A program made the position numbers and the translations under genes. From the human T2T-CHM13v2.0 reference genome, Homo sapiens, in the NCBI RefSeq assembly GCF_009914755.1, contig NC_060928.1: DNA of 64,000 bases. One strand, written 5' to 3'. The notes beneath the pieces were generated by a model, which saw only the letters and a list, made by a program, of their open reading frames with translations, was not told the DNA's origin and did no database searches. Position 1 is the first letter of the stretch; the number at the start of each line of letters is the position of its first letter. This document shows positions 61,986 through 64,000 of the stretch, one piece after another.

Positions 61986-62379
61986 TTGATCTAGGAGGTG
62001 ATTCAATGGGTGTATACAAATATAAATAATTTATTATAATGTACACTTAAGACTCTTATTTTACTTTAACTTATAACTCAGTGAAACATATGTGTTAATT
62101 ACATTTTCTAATTTTCTATATTCTTGAAACTCTGGCACCCAGGGGCTTACTGACTGAGGAGAAACTTCCCCTCCCAGAGTTAGCCAATTCTTAAATATAG
62201 TAAACTTTCATATGTATATAGAAAATCCAGTTCTCATACCCTGAACCACCTATTCCATCGGGCTTTTACACTCTAGGTGGCAATATTCAAACTTATCATT
62301 GCAGAACCAGGTTCTAGATAGTCAGAGACCATTACTCTACCCCAGAGTCTGCTGATATTGCTCATACTCACCAATCCTA
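61986..62379 (+). repeat. Diverged direct copy of 55975-56379 (L1ME end + MER74-like LTR 5' half)
   Basis: Collinear match including gggtgtatacaaatataaataatttattat and tatgtgttaattacattttctaattttct. Confidence 0.9.
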
Positions 62380-63437
62380 CCTAATACATAAAAGAAAATA
62401 TTTAACCAACCCCAGCATTCCCGGGTTTTGTGGATTTTGTTGGTTGTTTTGGGGCTCTTTCACTCTAATACATTGATAACCATATAGTATCACTCAATCC
62501 CTTTGTTGTTTAGGATTTGGAACTCACCTTCCTGAGATTTCCTAGAGATTTGTCACAGGGTATTAGGAATGATTCCAGCAAGTGTTTTGAATGAGGTGAT
62601 ATTATAAAGATAATCAAGATATTATCCAATTAGAAAGTAAACCCCCATCCAGGGGATCTACCTGTTGGAGAAAGTGTACAGGTAAATTAGATAGTAGTTG
62701 GAATTTGTACTCCCAGCTCTTTCCAGATTTATGACATTGTTATATGCTTTGGAGAATAAACAGGAATTTCAGGCTGCATGCTGGAAGATAGCTTCTGCAA
62801 CGAGGTCTAAGCTTCAATCCACTACTATGTATGTCCTTATTTAAAGGCATTATGAATAACTTCAACTTGGATTGCTCCCTCCTGAATAGCACATTTTACT
62901 TTTCCTATGTTGTTTATGGGAGTACTCTATATCTGACTTCTATCATGGTTATGCATTGTCTTTTCTCATCTCATACAATATTAACATCCTTTAAGCCCAC
63001 AGACTTGATGCATTCATACAATTTTTAGCAGTTGACAACTATATGACAGTTCTGTGATAGTTACTAGGGAAGCAAAAAGAAATACATCATATCTGTCCTC
63101 AGATAACCTATTGAACAAATCTGCATTTTACTCATGGCTCTAGCTTCTTAAGTCCTTTGTATCTTGTCTTATGTACTATAAACATTCCATAAATTAGACA
63201 TCAAGTCTTTAGAGCCAGATGGAGCCTCAATGTTTCAGAATGTGCAATTTAAAGTCATCATACCTGAGTTTGGATCAGCTATCCAAAGATGAGTTTAGGA
63301 ACCACTCTAAAGTTCAGTACCCATTTTATATATTTTTACAAATATAAATGAAATATATCATATAAAGTTGTTAGCATTGTATATGGGATATAGCAGGTGC
63401 TCTACTAATATAAAGCTTTAATAACTATTATCTGGTT

Positions 63438-63641
63438 CAGGGGTTGCCAAACTCCTGTAAATACTTTTGGCTTTGTGGTCATATGGTCTTAGTGGCCACT
63501 ATTCAACTTTCACATTGAGGCACACAATAGCCATATGCAATACGTAAATAAATGAATGTGCCTGTGTTCTAAGAAAACTTTCCAAATGAATACAGGTGAC
63601 TAGCTGGCTTTGGGACGCGGACCATAGTTTTCTAACCTCTG
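63438..63641 (+). mobile_element. MER58A hAT-Charlie MITE
   Basis: caggggttgccaaac...gtaaatacttttggctttgtgg...ggaccatagttttctaacctctg. Confidence 0.85.
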
Positions 63642-64000
63642 ATATAGTTCATCTTTCCAAATTTATAGAAAGGAAAATTAAATCTGTGGCAGAAAAGTGA
63701 ATTATCCTGCTTGCCATATATATGCTTGTCTTATGAAAACAAATATATTTATACAATCTTTTCTGACAGTTGAGATGCTGATGGTCAAACTTACTTGGTT
63801 AAGTTTAACTAGGCTTAAAGAATTGGACCTAAAGCCTAAGGTAATATCAATATCATAATTATTTGCCTCTCAGATATAATGGACTTTTATTTCAAGACTT
63901 AAAAGACTAAGAAAACTAGATTGTACCAAGTAGCAAGGTATTAAGTTCAGTTTTCATTGACCACTGTCTTTAGTGTAGGACAGTCCAGGGTCTTCCAATT

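Overview
Primate (very probably human) non-coding genomic DNA, intronic or intergenic, AT-rich and dominated by interspersed repeats (L1, Alu, MaLR/ERVL LTRs, MIR/L2, hAT DNA transposons). No host protein-coding exon could be supported. The only real coding content is a full-length, young LINE-1 on the minus strand (19189-25240). It has a 12-bp TSD, the ACG/A 3'UTR signature, intact ORF1 and ORF0, and an ORF2 broken by a single 1-bp deletion. The most unusual structure is a ~1.65-kb near-perfect inverted repeat (arms ~8259-8980 and ~9186-9906, ~96-97% identical by my manual count), mostly non-Alu sequence, apparently created by a template switch between two inverted Alus. Several smaller template-switch/templated-insertion scars, an old ~400-bp local duplication, a twin-primed L1 and complete MaLR proviruses are also visible. 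I found no evidence for a new multi-gene system. Repeat subfamily names are from memory of consensus sequences, and boundaries of old repeats are approximate.
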